Shown here: piece by piece, positions 1 through 13,669 of the stretch | Numbering within the stretch: the first letter of the stretch is position 1 | Layout of the letters: each line of letters opens with the position of its first letter | Source: Eledone cirrhosa | Lineage: Eukaryota | DNA: 64,000 nt | Reading direction: 5' to 3' | Assembly (NCBI GenBank): GCA_964016885.1 | Contig: OZ024744.1 | Location: forward strand, 117,924,001-117,988,000 | Notes under the pieces: generated by a model | Database searches by the model: none | Told to the model about the DNA's origin: nothing | The model's input: the letters and a program-made list of their open reading frames with translations, nothing else | Program-made: the position numbers and the translations under genes

Positions 1-1588
1 ATATCTCACATAACATTTAAATTACTGTATATATACTATTGTATTTTCACAGTAAAGTCTTTACCTCACATAATATCTCACATAACATTTACATTACTCT
101 ATATATACTATTGTATTTTTACAGTAAAGGCTTTACCTCACATAATAGCTCACATATCATTTACATTAGTCTATATATACTATTGTATTTTCACAGTAAA
201 GTCTTTACCTCACATATCTCACACAACATTTACATTACTCTATATATACTTTTGTATTTTCACAGTAAAGGCTTTACCTCAAATAATATTTCATTACTAT
301 ATATATACTATTGTATTTTCACAGTAAAGGCTTTACCTCACATAATATTTACATTACTCTATATATACTATTGTATTTTCACAGTAAAGTCTTTACCTCA
401 AATAATATTTCATTACTCTATATATACTATTGTATTTTCACAGTAAAGGCTTTAGCTCACATAATATCTCACATAACATTTACATTACTCTATATATACT
501 ATTGTATTTTCACAGTAAAGGCTTTACCTCACATAATATTTACATTACTCTATATATACTATTGTATTTTCACAGTAAAGGCTTTACCTCACATAATATT
601 TACATTACTTATATATACTATTGTAATTTCGCAGTGAAGGCTTTACCTCACATAATGTCACATAACATTTACATTACTCTATATTTACTATTGTATTTTC
701 ACAGTAAAGTCTTTACCTCACATAATATCTCACATAACATTTACATTACTCTATATATACTATTGTATTTCCACAGTAAAGGCTTTACCTCACATAATAT
801 CTCATATAACATTTACATTACTCTATATATACTATTGCATTTTCACAGTAAAGTCTATATATACTATTGTATTTTCACAGTAAAGGCTTTACCTCACGTA
901 ATATCTCACACAACGTTTACATTATTCTATATATATACTATTGTATTTTCACATTAAAGACTTTACCTCACATAATATCTCACGTAATAATTACATTACT
1001 CTATATATACTATTGTATTTTCATAGTAAAGTCTTTACCTCACGTAATATCTCACATAACGTTTACATTACTCTACATATTCTATTGTATTTTCACAGTA
1101 AAGGCTTTACTTCACATAACCTTTACATTACTTTATATATACTATTGTATTTTCACAGTAAAGGCTTTACCTCACATAACATTTACATTACTCTATATAT
1201 ACTATTGTATTTTCAAATTAAAGTTTTTATCTCGCATAACATTTACATTACTCTATATATACTATTGTATTTTCGCAGTAAGGGCTTTACCTCACATAAC
1301 ATTTGCATTACTCTATATATACTATTTTAATTTCACAGTGAAGGCTTTACCTCACATAATATCTCACATAACATTTACATTACTCTATATATACTATTGT
1401 ATTTTCACAGTAAAGTCTTTACCTCACACAATATCTCACATAACATTTACATTACACTATATATACTATTGTATTTTCACAATAAAGGCTTTACCTCACA
1501 TAATATCTCATAACATTTACATTACTCTATATATACTACTGTATTTTCACAGTAAGGGATTTACCTCACATAATATCTCACATAACAT
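1..1588. repeat. 72-bp (60-bp variant) tandem satellite, left part; unit ACATTTACATTACTCTATATATACTATTGTATTTTCACAGTAAAGGCTTTACCTCACATAATATCTCACATA
   Basis: Visible tandem copies; 24-aa periodicity in the ORF translations; the array resumes after the LINE at about 7205. Confidence 0.95.
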
Positions 1589-1797
1589 CTCGTATACGAC
1601 AGACGTGTGTTGACGTGTGTGAACAAGCTCGGCTACCGAGTCGGATTTACTTACTCAAAAGTGAGTTTTGATTAATTTTTTTATACTGTAATATACGTTA
1701 ACCCCTGCCTTGGTCGTCAAACTTTGAGTTTATTTATTTTCGCCCCTTTTTGGGGCGAATTTTCCAGTTAAAAACTTATTACGGCAAACTAATAGAA

Positions 1798-3510
1798 ATG
1801 GACGGAATTTTCACATCTCATCCTAACGTGAAAGCCACGCCCCCTAAGAAAGGTGATACAGAGAAGCTAGAAGCACAAGTCTTCCCTCCTCACTTCTGCA
1901 AAAGAAACATGGAACATGGAATTAAAAGAAAAATTTGTAAAAATGGGTGAAAACCCAGAAAGTCACATAAACGCAGACAAAAACAACAACGACAATAACA
2001 GCAATAGTCACAACACCAACCAAGGAAAAAATAACGATAACACCAAACAAAGCGAACCCACTACTGGTGACTCCTTTGCACAGGCGGTCCGGAACACACA
2101 AACCTGCAAGCAACTGGACATTACAACTCTGAGAGAAAAGATGAAGGAAGCGAAACAGTATGTAACTTTCAAAGAAGGAGGAGACTTCACAATCACCTCC
2201 CCACAAGAAATCAAAAGAGACACGACGCTAAGAACGATATCTTTCAGAACAATTTCCAACATAACAAGGAAACCAGCTCAATTATCCAAAAAAGAGATTG
2301 AGCTGGTCCTAAAAAATGTGTGGAGTGATATATCGTTCATACAAAAAGGGCCACTCTATGGGAATATAACGGTCCTAATGACGGCCAGGAAATACTCTGT
2401 GGCGCCAATTGTTTCCAAGCTACATACATTTTCCCCACATATTTAGGGAAAAGAACGCAGAAAATAAGGGTCTCCGGAATCTGGCCAAATGCATGCATTT
2501 CCTGGGTACTAACAGGATTTTTAGAAGACGAGGACGGAATCCTCTCAGTAGGAGAAGTCACCACAGACGTTTTCGGCGGTTTGAGCGTGGAGGTTCTGGT
2601 CCAAATGAGACCAGAACGAATAGCTAGAATACCACAGAGGGTGTCCCTCGATGGAGAAACATTTATATACATTTCAGCCAAGGGTAGGAGGCCCATATGT
2701 TACTACTGTTCAAGCAGGGGTCATCTAAGGGCTGCTTGTCCTCAATTGACAAAAAAAAAGGCTCTTTTGCCTACACCCCACACACCACCACCACCGTCAC
2801 CACCACCACCTCCACCACCACCACAACAACAACAAAAACAACACGGAAAAATAACACAAGACACGGCCCCACCCAAAACAACTCCCAAAACACACACAAA
2901 CACAACAAATCCCCAAAATACACCACTACCCGACAGCACGGACGAGGACCCAGCTGAAACGGCACCTAGTGACGAAGAGGGGGAACCCTTCCAACCTGTA
3001 AAAAGGAAAAAAAGAAAGCACCACTCGAACATAAACGAAACAAACACACAACCACCAACAAAAACAAAACAAACAGAACAAACAAAATCCGCCCCACCCC
3101 AAAACATAACACATACAACAAAACGTAAGCACACACAAGAACAACAAACAAACACAACACAAATAAAACAGTATACATACATTAACACAAATAACAAAGA
3201 ACTAGTAAAAACAATACACAAAGACCCTTTGGTGGAAACTGAAGGGCAATTCTTTGCAAGCGCGGCCAACAAACCGCATTTAAAAATGATAAGACTCCCA
3301 ATGGACACCTATGCAAAACTAAGAGAGAACTTTCCTGAGGACGTGGGGAAAACATGTACTCGACCCTATAACCGCGTCCTCTTGAAACGTTTCCCCACCC
3401 ACACCTCACCAAACACCCCCACTCCACCACAGAACAACACCCCACCAAACAACCCCTCCAATACGCCCATGGATATTGTGCAACCTGCTCCTCAGGAGCC
3501 GAACAGGTAG
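1798..3510 (+). pseudogene. Tx1-like ORF1 (gag-like nucleic-acid-binding protein), frameshifted
   Basis: Split over ORFs 1750-1950, 1916-2446 and 2581-3510; zinc knuckle CYYCSSRGHLRAAC followed by a Pro/Thr/Gln-rich tail; stop codon 21 nt before the ORF2 ATG. Start codon uncertain. Confidence 0.7.
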
Positions 3511-3531
3511 GTCCTTCCTCTTTTAACCAAC

Positions 3532-6500
3532 ATGGCTGACATAAGAGTTGGGTGTCTGAATGTACATGGCCTGGGACTGTCTTGGAAACAAGGCAAACTT
3601 TTAAACGATCTCAGGTCGCATAGAATGGATGTAATGGCTATTTGCGAGTCCAGGATCAGCAGCGAGCACCAACTGGCGCCCCTCTTCGACGACTTTGAGA
3701 TCTTCGCATCTCTCTGTCAACCGGGGGATGGGAGTGGAGTTGTCGTTCTGCTGCGAAAACACCTGGGCCTCGCCATACAGAAGGTGCACCTGGACTCGGA
3801 GGGTCGACTGGTGGTTTTAGACGTCGGCAGTAGTGAAAGTGGAGCCCTTAGACTAATAGCTGTGTACGCCCCTTTTTGGGCAGCGCGGCCGGAATACTTC
3901 CAACGTCTGGAAACTTTTCTGGGAACATCCCGCTCCTTGCTTTTAGTGGGGGACTGGAATGGTATCCTGGATGCACGTTGGGACTATGTAGGGGCATGTG
4001 CCAATAGAGGGGGGTGTAAAAGCCTCAAAAGGTTAATCGGCCGATTTGACCTGGCCGATAGATATCGACTAGATTTTCCGACTGTACCACTATGGACGTG
4101 GACCAATCGCAGTGGAACATCTAGGTCGTACCTAGATAGGGTCCTAGTTAGACAGAAGGATAGGGACACATTTAGCTGTCCAAAAATGTTCATGGTTGAC
4201 TATTCGGATCACAAGTTAGTGACCTGCATAGCCAACCTTGATAGAACCCATAGACAGGGACCCGGTTACTGGAAGCTGAACTTGTCCTTACCGAGAAGCA
4301 AAGCTTACAGTAAACGGATTAGCACGTTAGTTAAGCAGAGTTTGACAGGGGCAATTGTCAACAGCAGGTGGTGGAGCTCTCTTAAGAGAGCAATTAGAAT
4401 AGAATCGATAGGTTTTAGTCAGGAATTAGCAAGGGATAGGAACAAGATGGAAAGGGAATTAGTAGATAGAGTAGAAGAAGCGATTAGGAGTGGTAATGTA
4501 GCCGGCGTGCTGGCATCAAGAATGGCCTTAGACCAGTTCTTTGAGGTGAAGCATGAAGGCTGCGTTGTCAGGAGTAAAATACGTGCTCTGGGTAATGAGG
4601 GAGCCAAAGCTGTGAGCTGGGCCCGAGTGACAGAGGCAAAAAGTGGGAACAAGTCCACGATTCGGTCTTTGAAGGACCAGGATGGGCGTGTGATCCTTGA
4701 ACCTGGGCAGATGTGTGCGGCCTTTCAGCGGCACTTTGCACGACTGTTCGAGAGGGGCGGCGCGCCGGGTGAGACTATGGATTTCAATCCATACCTCGAC
4801 GGTCTGCCGCGCATCTCGGACGCGGAGGCGAAGTCCTGCGAAAGGACGATTTCAGCTGCTGAGATAGGAGCGGCGCTGAGCCAATACGGCAAACGCAAAT
4901 CCCCGGGTCTCGATGGTCTACCATACGAGCTATATGTAGCGATGCCGGACTTGTTCTCCGATATCCTCGAAGCGGTCTACTGCAGCTGGCAGCAGAACGG
5001 GAGAATTCCTAGTTCTGTGACCAAGGGCGTAGTTACGCTGGTGAGGAAGGATGAGAACAAGGGGGATGACAAGTAACTTCAGGCCCATAACTCTGCTAAA
5101 TACAGAGTTAAAGATTTTGGCCAAGGTGTTAGCGAAGAGGTTGGCGCTTGTCGTTGGAAACCTGGTGGGAGAAGCGCAGACATGCGCAATCCCGTCCAGG
5201 TCCATTCACGACAATCTCCACCTTATGCGATACATCATAGAGAGGGTAGGGAATGAACCCGGCTTTGGTGGGGCCCTGATCAACTTGGATCAATCTAAAG
5301 CTTTCGATAGGGTTGACCATCGTTACCTGGATGCGGTGCTCGCGGCGGCAGGCTTCGGACCTGTTTTCAGGGGTTGGATTGCTGCGATGCACAGCAGCAA
5401 CGTCTGCTCAAGGGTCAAGGTGAACGGCCACCTCTCGGAGCCGTTCCAAATCATGCTATCCATCCGACAGGGAATCCCTCTCTCCTCCCTACTGTATGTG
5501 CTGGCTCTTGAGCCACTACTGCGGAAGTTGGAGCAGTTGCAGGGCATCCCTTTGGAACCGTGATTGCAGAAAGCGGCGTCGGCCTACGCCGATGACGTGA
5601 CAGTAATGGTGTCGAAAACCTCGCAAATCGGTGAGATCGGCACCTTACTGGAGGAATATGAAAGGTTTACAGGAGCCAAGCTGAACCGGGACAAGTCCGT
5701 CGGTTTGCAACTCGGAACATGGAGAGGCAAACCGATGCCCTCCAACGACGTCGTCGGACGCTGGACGGAGGGCCCGGTGAAGCTGCTTGGGGTCTGGTTC
5801 GGACCAGACCTCCAGGTGGAGAAAAACTGGAACGAGGTAACGGCCAGGGTGTTTGCACTCACCCAGAAGTGGGCCCAGTGCAAACTATCCCTGAAAGGTC
5901 GAGCGGAGGTGGCGAATACTTATATAGCATCTGTCATCTACTACCGCTTGACCGTCGTGCCTTGCCCAGTGAAAAGACTCGCCAAAATGGAGTGCGCGCT
6001 GTTCCAATTTCTTTGGAACAAGCGGACCCCTTTGGTGAGGAGATCCATCTGCTGTCAACACCCTTCGAAAGGAGGGCTGGGGATGCCGTGGCTACAGATG
6101 CGTAAACACGCATTAAGGCTACGGCACCTCCAGGTATTCCTCACCGGTCAACCGGTGTGGGCCCCGTTTGTGAGGCGAGCCTTTCCCAGACTCGTCTCGC
6201 TCACCGAGCTGCAATCCTGGGTCAAGCAAAGACCGAGAATAGTGGGCGACTGGCACATTGAATGTGCCCAGGCCCTCACGGCCCTCTGGAAAGCGGACCC
6301 GGCAATCAGTGGAGACTCCACCTCGACATTCTATAGAGGGTTGGTACGCAGCAGGTGCGACGATGTTCTCGGAGAAGCTCTAGGCATGGAGGAAGATGAA
6401 CTGGCCAGTCTGTTCGGTAGGACGTTTGGCCCTGGACCGATGGACAACTTCCAAAAGTCCCTGGCTTGGCAGTGCTACCGAGGGACTCTACCCGTTCGAG

Positions 6501-6967
6501 ACAAGCTCCACAGGCATGGGAGCCTGGGTAGAGATCCTTTGAATAAGATCTGTCCGAGATGCGTGCATGATGACGAAACCGTTGCGCACGCATTCGTACA
6601 CTGCCCAGGCATTGCTGACCTGTGGGGCTATATGGAACGACTACTGTCAAGGGTGGGACCAATCCGGTTGACCACCGAGTCCATTGTCACGATCAAACCG
6701 CCTCCCCCTTTCAAAAACGAAGGAGAGGCGGTTTTTCTCTGTGTGATAGCCATGGCTAAAGAAGTTGTATGGTGGACGAGGCTGAAAGGGCTGAGGTCAG
6801 ACACCTTTCTCTCCGGCCAACAACTGGTCCCCTTTTTCAAATACCATTTTAAAAGAAGGATCAGAATGGAGAGAGAGGTGCTCTACCCCAGCAAGTTTTA
6901 TGAAAGGTGGGTGAAAGTAAGGAGAATGGCCAGAGTGAATGGGTCTTCTCTCTATATCAGCCTGTAG
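3532..6967 (+). pseudogene. Tx1-like ORF2 (APE endonuclease + reverse transcriptase + zinc-binding C-terminus) with a frameshift near 5070 and an in-frame TGA at 5561-5563
   Basis: Motifs CLNVHGL, GDWN, SYLDR, SDH, WKLN, KSPGLDGLP, NFRPITLLN, LDQSKAFDRVDH, IRQGIPLS, AYADD, GGLG, CPRC...ETVAHAFVHC. Confidence 0.93.
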
Positions 6968-7204
6968 GTGAAAGAAGAGGAAAAAGAGGAGACGAGGGAA
7001 GCACCTACTCTTTGTGCTCCTGAGGAGAAGGGCTGCACATTTTTTCCGGGGTGTGTGCGACCCATGTTAATGCCCCCTCCCTATTGAGGACTTCGTTTGT
7101 TGTTGTTATTTCATTGTTATATTTTTGTACTCGTTAATTATATGTAAACTTCACCCCTTGTATCTGTCCCTACCTTTTGTGCCCTAGTGGCAAATAAAGA
7201 AACC

Positions 7205-8266
7205 ACTCTATATATACTATTGTATTTTCACAGTAAAGCCTTTACCTCACATAATATTTACATTACCCTATATATACTATTGTATTTTCACAGTAACGGC
7301 TTTATCTCACATATCTCACATAACATTTACATTACTCTATATATACTACTGTATTTTCACAGTAAAGGCTTTATCTCACATAATATCTCACATAACATTT
7401 ACATTACTCTATATATACTATTGTATTTTCACAGTAAAGGCTATACCTCACATAATATCTCACATTACATTTACATTACTCTATATATACTATTGTATTT
7501 TCAGTCAAAGCTTTACCTCACATAATATCTCACATAACATTTACATTACTCTATATATACTATTGTATTTTAACAGTCACGGCTTTATCTTACATGATAT
7601 CTCACATAACATTTAAATTACTCTATATATACTATTGTATTTTCACAGTAAAGGCTTTACCTCACATAATATCTCACATAACATTTACATTACTCTATAT
7701 ATACTATTGTATTTTCACAGTAAAGGCTTTACCTCACATAATACCTCACATAACATTTACATTACTCTATATATACTATTGTATTTTCACAGTAAAAGCT
7801 TTACCTCACATAATATCGCACATAACATTTACATTACTCTATATATACTATTGTATTTTCACAGTAAAGGCTTTACCTCACATAATACCTCACATAACAT
7901 TTACATTACTCTATATATACTATTGTATTTTCACAATAAAAGCTTAACCTCACATAATATCTCACATAACATTTACATTACTCTATATATACTATTGTAT
8001 TTTCACAGTAAAGGCTTTACCTCACATAATATCTCACATAACATTTACATTACTCTATATATACTATTGTATTTTCACAGTAAAGGCTTTACCTCACATA
8101 ATACCTCACATAACATTTACATTACTCTATATATACTATTGTATTTTCACAGTAAAGGCTTTACCTCACATAATATCTCACATAACATTTACATTACTCT
8201 ATATATACTATTGTATTTTCACAGTAAAGGCTTTACCTCACATAATACCTCACATAACATTTACAT
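7205..8266. repeat. 72-bp tandem satellite, right part
   Basis: Same unit as 1-1588. Confidence 0.95.
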
Positions 8267-8276
8267 ATACTGCTAA

Positions 8277-11200
8277 CCCCTACGAGACACCCTCACCACA
8301 ACCAAACACCCTCACCCCTACCAGACACCCCCACCCCTATCAAACACCCTCACTTCTACCAGACACCCTCAACCCTACCAAAACCCTCACCCCTACCCAA
8401 CAACCCCACTCCTACCAGATACCATCACCCCTACCAGATACCATCACCCCTACCAAACACCCTAACCCCTACCAAATACTCTCACCCCTACCAAACACCA
8501 TCACACCTGCCAGACACACTCACTTCTGACAAACACCCTCACCCCTACCAAACACCCTCACTCCTACCAGACACTCTCACCCCTACCAGACACCCTCACC
8601 CCTACCAAACACCTTCACCCCTACCAGACACCCTCACTCCTACCAGACACTCTCACCCCTACCAGACACCCTCACCCCTACCAGACACTCTCACCCCTAC
8701 CAAACATCCTCACCCCTGCCAGACACCCTCACCCTTAACAGACACCCTCACCCTTACCAGACACCCTCACCCCTACCAGACACCCTCACTCCTACCAAAC
8801 ACCCTCACCCCTACCAGACACCCTCACCCCTACCAGACACCCTCACCCCTACCAGACACCCTCACTCCTACCAAACACCCTCACCCCTACCAAACACGCT
8901 CACCCTTACCAAACACCCTCACCCCTGCCAGACACCCTCACCCCTGCCAGACACCCTCACCCCTACCAGACACCTTCACCCCTACCAGACACCCTCACTC
9001 CTACCAAACAGCCTCACCCCTACCAGACACCCTCACCCCTACCAGACACCCTCACCCCTACCACACACCCTCACCCCTACCAGACACCCTCACCCCTACC
9101 AGACACCCTCACTCCTACCAAACAGCCTCACCCCTACCAGACACCCTCACCCCTACCAGACACCCTCACTCTTACCAGACACCCTCACCCCTACCAGACA
9201 CCCTCACTCCTACCAGACACCCTCACTCCTACCAGACACCCTCACCCCTACCAGACACCCTCACTCCTACCAAACACCCTCACCCCTACCAGACACCCTC
9301 ACCCTTACCAGACACCCTCACCCTTACCAGACACCCTCACCCCTACCAGACACCCTTACTCCTACCAGACACCCTCACTCCTACCAGACACCCTCACCCC
9401 TACCAGACACCCTCACCCCTACCAGACACCCTCACTCCTACCAAACACCCTCACCCTTACCAGACACCCTCACCCCTACCAGACACCCTTACCCCTACCA
9501 GACACCCTCACCCCTACCAGACACCCTTACTCCTACCAGACACCCTCACCCCTACCAGACACCCTCACCCCTACCAGACACCCTCACTCCTACCAGACAC
9601 CCTCACTCCTACCAGACACCCTCACCCCTACCAGACACCCTCACCCCTACCAGACAACCTCACCCCTACCAGACACCCTCACTCCTACCAAACACCCTCA
9701 CTCCTACCAAACATCCTCTCCCCTACCAGACACCCTCACCCCTACCAGACACCTTCACCCCTACCAGACACCCTCACCCCTACCAGACACCCTCACCCTT
9801 ACCAGACACCCTCACCCCTACCAGACACCTTCACCCCTACCAGACACCCTCACCCCTACCAGACACCCTCACCCCTACCAAACATCCTCTCCCCTACCAG
9901 ACACCCTCACCCCTACCAGACACCCTCACCCCTACCAGACACCCTCACCCTTACCAGACACCCTCACCCCTACCAGACACCCTCACCCCTACCAGACACC
10001 CCACCCCTACCAGACACCTTCACCCCTACCAGACACCCTCACCCCTACCTGACACCCTCACTTCTACCAGACACCCTCACCCCTACCAGACACCCTCACT
10101 CCTACCAGACACCCTCACTCCTACCAGACACCCTCACCCCTACCAGACACCCTCACCCCTACCAGACACCCTCACTCCTACCAGACACTCTCACCCCTAC
10201 CAGACACCCTCACCCCTACCAGACACCCTCACTCCTACCAGACAACCTCACCCCTACCAGACACCCTCACCCCTACCAGACACCCTCACCCCTACCAGAC
10301 ACCGTCACCCCTACCAGACACCCTCACTCCTACCAGACACCCTCACTTCTACCAGACACCCTCACCCCTACCTGACACCCTCACTCCTACCAGACACTCT
10401 CACCCCTACCAGACACCCTCACCCCTACCAAACATCCTCACTCCTACCAGACACTCTCACCCCTACCAGACACCCTCACCCCTACCAGACACCCTCACCC
10501 CTACCAGACACCCTCACTCCTACCAAACACCCTCACCCCTACCAGACACCCTCACTCCTACCAGACACTCTCACCCCTACCAGACACCCTCACCCCTATC
10601 AAACACCCTCACCCCTACCAGACGCCCTCACTCCTACCAGACACCCTCACTCCTACCAGACAGCCTCACCCGTACCAAACACCCTCACCCCTACCAGACA
10701 CCTTCACCCCTACCAGACACCCTCACCACTACCAGACACCTTCAGTCCTACCAAACACCCTCACCCCTACCAGACACCCTCACCCCTACCAAACATCCTC
10801 ACCCCTACCAGACACCCTCACCCCTACCAGACAGCCTCACCCCTACCAGACACTCTCACCCCTACCAGACACCCTCACCCCAACATACACTCCCACTTCT
10901 ACCAAACACCCTCACTTCTACCAAACATCCTCACCCCTACCAGACACCCTCACCCTGCCAAACACCCTCACCCCTACCAAACAGCCTGGACTTCTAACAG
11001 ACACCCTCACTTCTAACAAATATCCTCACCCCTACTAGACACCCTCACCACAACCAAACACCCTCAGCCCTGCCAGACACCCTCACCCCTACCAGACACC
11101 CTCAGCCCTGCCAGACACCCTCACCCCTACCAGACACCCTCACCCCTATCAAACACCTTCCCCCTACCAAACACTGTCAACTACCAGACACCCTCACCCC

Positions 11201-12420
11201 TACCTGACACCCTCACCCCTACCAGACACCCTCACCCCTACCAGACACCATCACCCCTACCAGTCACCCTCACCCCTACCTGACACCCTCACCCCTACCT
11301 GACACCCTCACCCCTACCAGACACCATCACCCCTACCAGACACCCTCACCCCTACCTGACACCCTCACCCCTACCAGACACCCTCACCCCTACCAGACAC
11401 CCTCACCCCTACCAGACACCCTCAGCCCTGCCAGACACCCTCACCCCTACCAGACACCCTCACCCCTATCAAACACCTTCCCCCTACCAAACACTGTCAA
11501 CTACCAGACACCCTCACCCCTACCTGACACCCTCACCCCTACCAGACACCCTCACCCCTACCAGACACCCTCACCCCTACCTGACACCCTCACCCCTACC
11601 TGACACCCTCACCCCTACCAGACACCATCACCCCTACCAGACACCCTCACCCCTACCTGACACCCTCACCCCTACCAGACACCCTCACCCCTACCTGACA
11701 CCCTCACCCCTACCTGACACCCTCACCCCTACCAGACACCCTCACCCCTACCAGACACCCTCACCCCTACCAGACACCCTCATCCCTACCAGACACCCTC
11801 ACCCCTACCTGACACCCTCACCCCTACCAGACACCCTCACCCCTACCTGACACCCTCACCCCTACCAGACACCATCACCCCTACCAGACACCCTCACCCC
11901 TACCTGACACCCTCACCCCTACCTGACACCCTCACCCCTACCAGACACCCTCACCCCTACCAGACACCCTCACCCCTACCAGACACCCTCACCCCTACCA
12001 GACACCCTCACCCCTACCAGACACCCTCACCCCTACAGACACCCTCACTCCTACCAGACACCCTCACTCCTACCAGACACCCTCACTCCTACCAGACACC
12101 CTCACCCCCTACCAGACACCCTCACCCCTACCAGACACCCTCACCCCTACCAGACACCCTCACCCCTACCAGACACCCTCACTCCTACCAGACACCCTCA
12201 CTCCTACCAGACACCCTCACTCCTACCAGACACCCTCACTCCTACCAGACACCCTCACCCCCTACCAGACACCCTCACTCCTACCAGACACCCTCACTCC
12301 TACCAGACACCCTCACTCCTACCAGATACCCTCACTCCTACCAGACACCCTCACCCCTACCAGACACCCTCACCCCTAACAGACACCCTCACTCTTACCA
12401 AACAAAACCCTCACTCATAC
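8277..12420. repeat. 19-bp minisatellite (CAGACACCCTCACCCCTAC)n, roughly 215 copies, G-rich on the - strand
   Basis: Visible tandem copies; variant block duplicated with a 320-bp period (TGTCAA marker at 11175 and 11495). Confidence 0.96.
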
Positions 12421-12540
12421 CAGAGAAGTCTCCACACCTACCACCTACCTGGCAAAACCCTGTCTCCTACCCTATAGTCAACAAAACGCCTGAATGTAAA
12501 AGATAAACTTTTTATTAAAATTCTGTATTATTTATATTAT

Positions 12541-12728
12541 GTGGATTGGTAGTATCGGTAGAGGGTCGGACACCATGCTTTGTCGCATAGAGTTACGGCC
12601 CTTGCCATTCTGAGTTCAAATTCCGCCGAGGTTAACTTTGCCTTTCATCCGTATGGGGTCGATAAAATAAAGTACCAGTAATACACTGGGTAATTGCTGG
12701 CCTTGTGCCAAAAGTAGAAACAATTATT
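12541..12728 (+). mobile_element. tRNA-derived SINE, family A (ends ...GATAAAATAAAGTACCAG...AGTAGAAACAATTATT)
   Basis: A-box-like TGGTAGTATCGGTAGA and B-box-like GAGTTCAAATTCC; several homologous copies elsewhere in the window. Confidence 0.85.
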
Positions 12729-13148
12729 TATATTATGTGGGGATTTTATTCAGTACGGTTTTTGTGATGGCCCTAACCAAGGTATATTGTATCAATATTA
12801 ATGTTCACACTGTAAGGTTGTCATATTGGTACCATGACAAAAAGTACCCAGTCCACCCAGTAAGGTTGTTGTATTGGTACCATAATAAGTACTCAGATAT
12901 GGGTCTCTGTAACCTATTAAACCACTTTAAGTAGTTTCTATTTGAGAGAAAGTTTGATATAAAATTGTAATAAATCAATATTTCAGAAATCCAGTAGAGT
13001 GTGGTAGAAATATAGAAAGTATGACAAATAAAACAAAGTAATGTTCTAGCCTGCATATAGATTTGTTTTGTCATCTCTTTCTATATTTCTACCATATTGA
13101 AACTTATCACAGATCTATTATATATCTCACAATGTTTCGTATTAACTA

Positions 13149-13669
13149 CTAGCTGAATTACCCAGCTTTACCCGGCTGAACAGTTAATAGAAGACTGGTT
13201 TACAGTATGAGGCGACACCATAGTGTCTGTGACAAAACAAAAATAATAAACAGTAAAATATCTTCCAGATACACCAGATTCTTCGTTTTACCGTTTCTCC
13301 ATAGTATATGAAGATTTCTAGGTGTTTCCACTCGTGAATAGCCTACATATAACTCTACATGGGTAAATAGCGGTTCTCTTGTATTCAATTCTACAAATTT
13401 CAAACTCTGACCCTGAGCTTTATGTACAGTCATAGTAAAACTGGTTCTAACAGGGAACTGAAGTGTTGAGAATTTGAAAGGCAGCTCGGTAGAGGAAAGG
13501 ATAAGAGAAATGTTGGGAATAAATACATTTTCTCCTCCAAGAATAGTGACCTCTAGGAGATGTTTCATCTTCCACCCGACTGTAAAGTGTGTCCCATTGA
13601 AGTAGCGGATCCATGTTTCTCAAAAGGATGATGGACGTTCCAATATTTTATATTTTATGTAGATATAGA
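13149..13669 (-). mobile_element. Helitron remnant carrying the C-terminus of a PIF1-type helicase
   Basis: ORF 13200-13568 has LPFKF..LQFPVR..FTMTVHKAQGQSL...FTH..LYVGYSRV...TKNLVY. On the - strand it ends in a GC-rich hairpin remnant plus CTAG|T at 13149 and has a candidate A|TC start at 13669. Helitron-like sequence may extend to about 14050. Confidence 0.8.

Larger units (their letters stand above)
1589..7202 (+). mobile_element. Near full-length Tx1/L1-clade non-LTR retrotransposon (5'UTR, ORF1, ORF2, 3'UTR ending AATAAAGAAA), inactivated
   Basis: GC-richer 5.6-kb block interrupting the satellite. ORF1 has a CCHC knuckle. ORF2 has APE endonuclease, RT and C-terminal Zn motifs. AATAAA at 7193-7198. 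Confidence 0.92.

Noticed and set aside
39-1613. ORFs of 100-250 aa rich in Y/I/H/F (also 7187-8276)
   Set aside because: Translations of the 72-bp satellite; no independent coding signal
5561-5563. Programmed readthrough or selenocysteine at the in-frame TGA of Tx1 ORF2
   Set aside because: The element also has frameshifts; simple mutational decay is more parsimonious
8277-12420. Telomeric or subtelomeric repeat
   Set aside because: The unit is 19 bp and is not TTAGGG; the array is internal and probably intronic
13200-13568. Cellular PIF1 helicase gene
   Set aside because: Only a degenerate intronless C-terminal fragment, followed by a Helitron-type CTAG end
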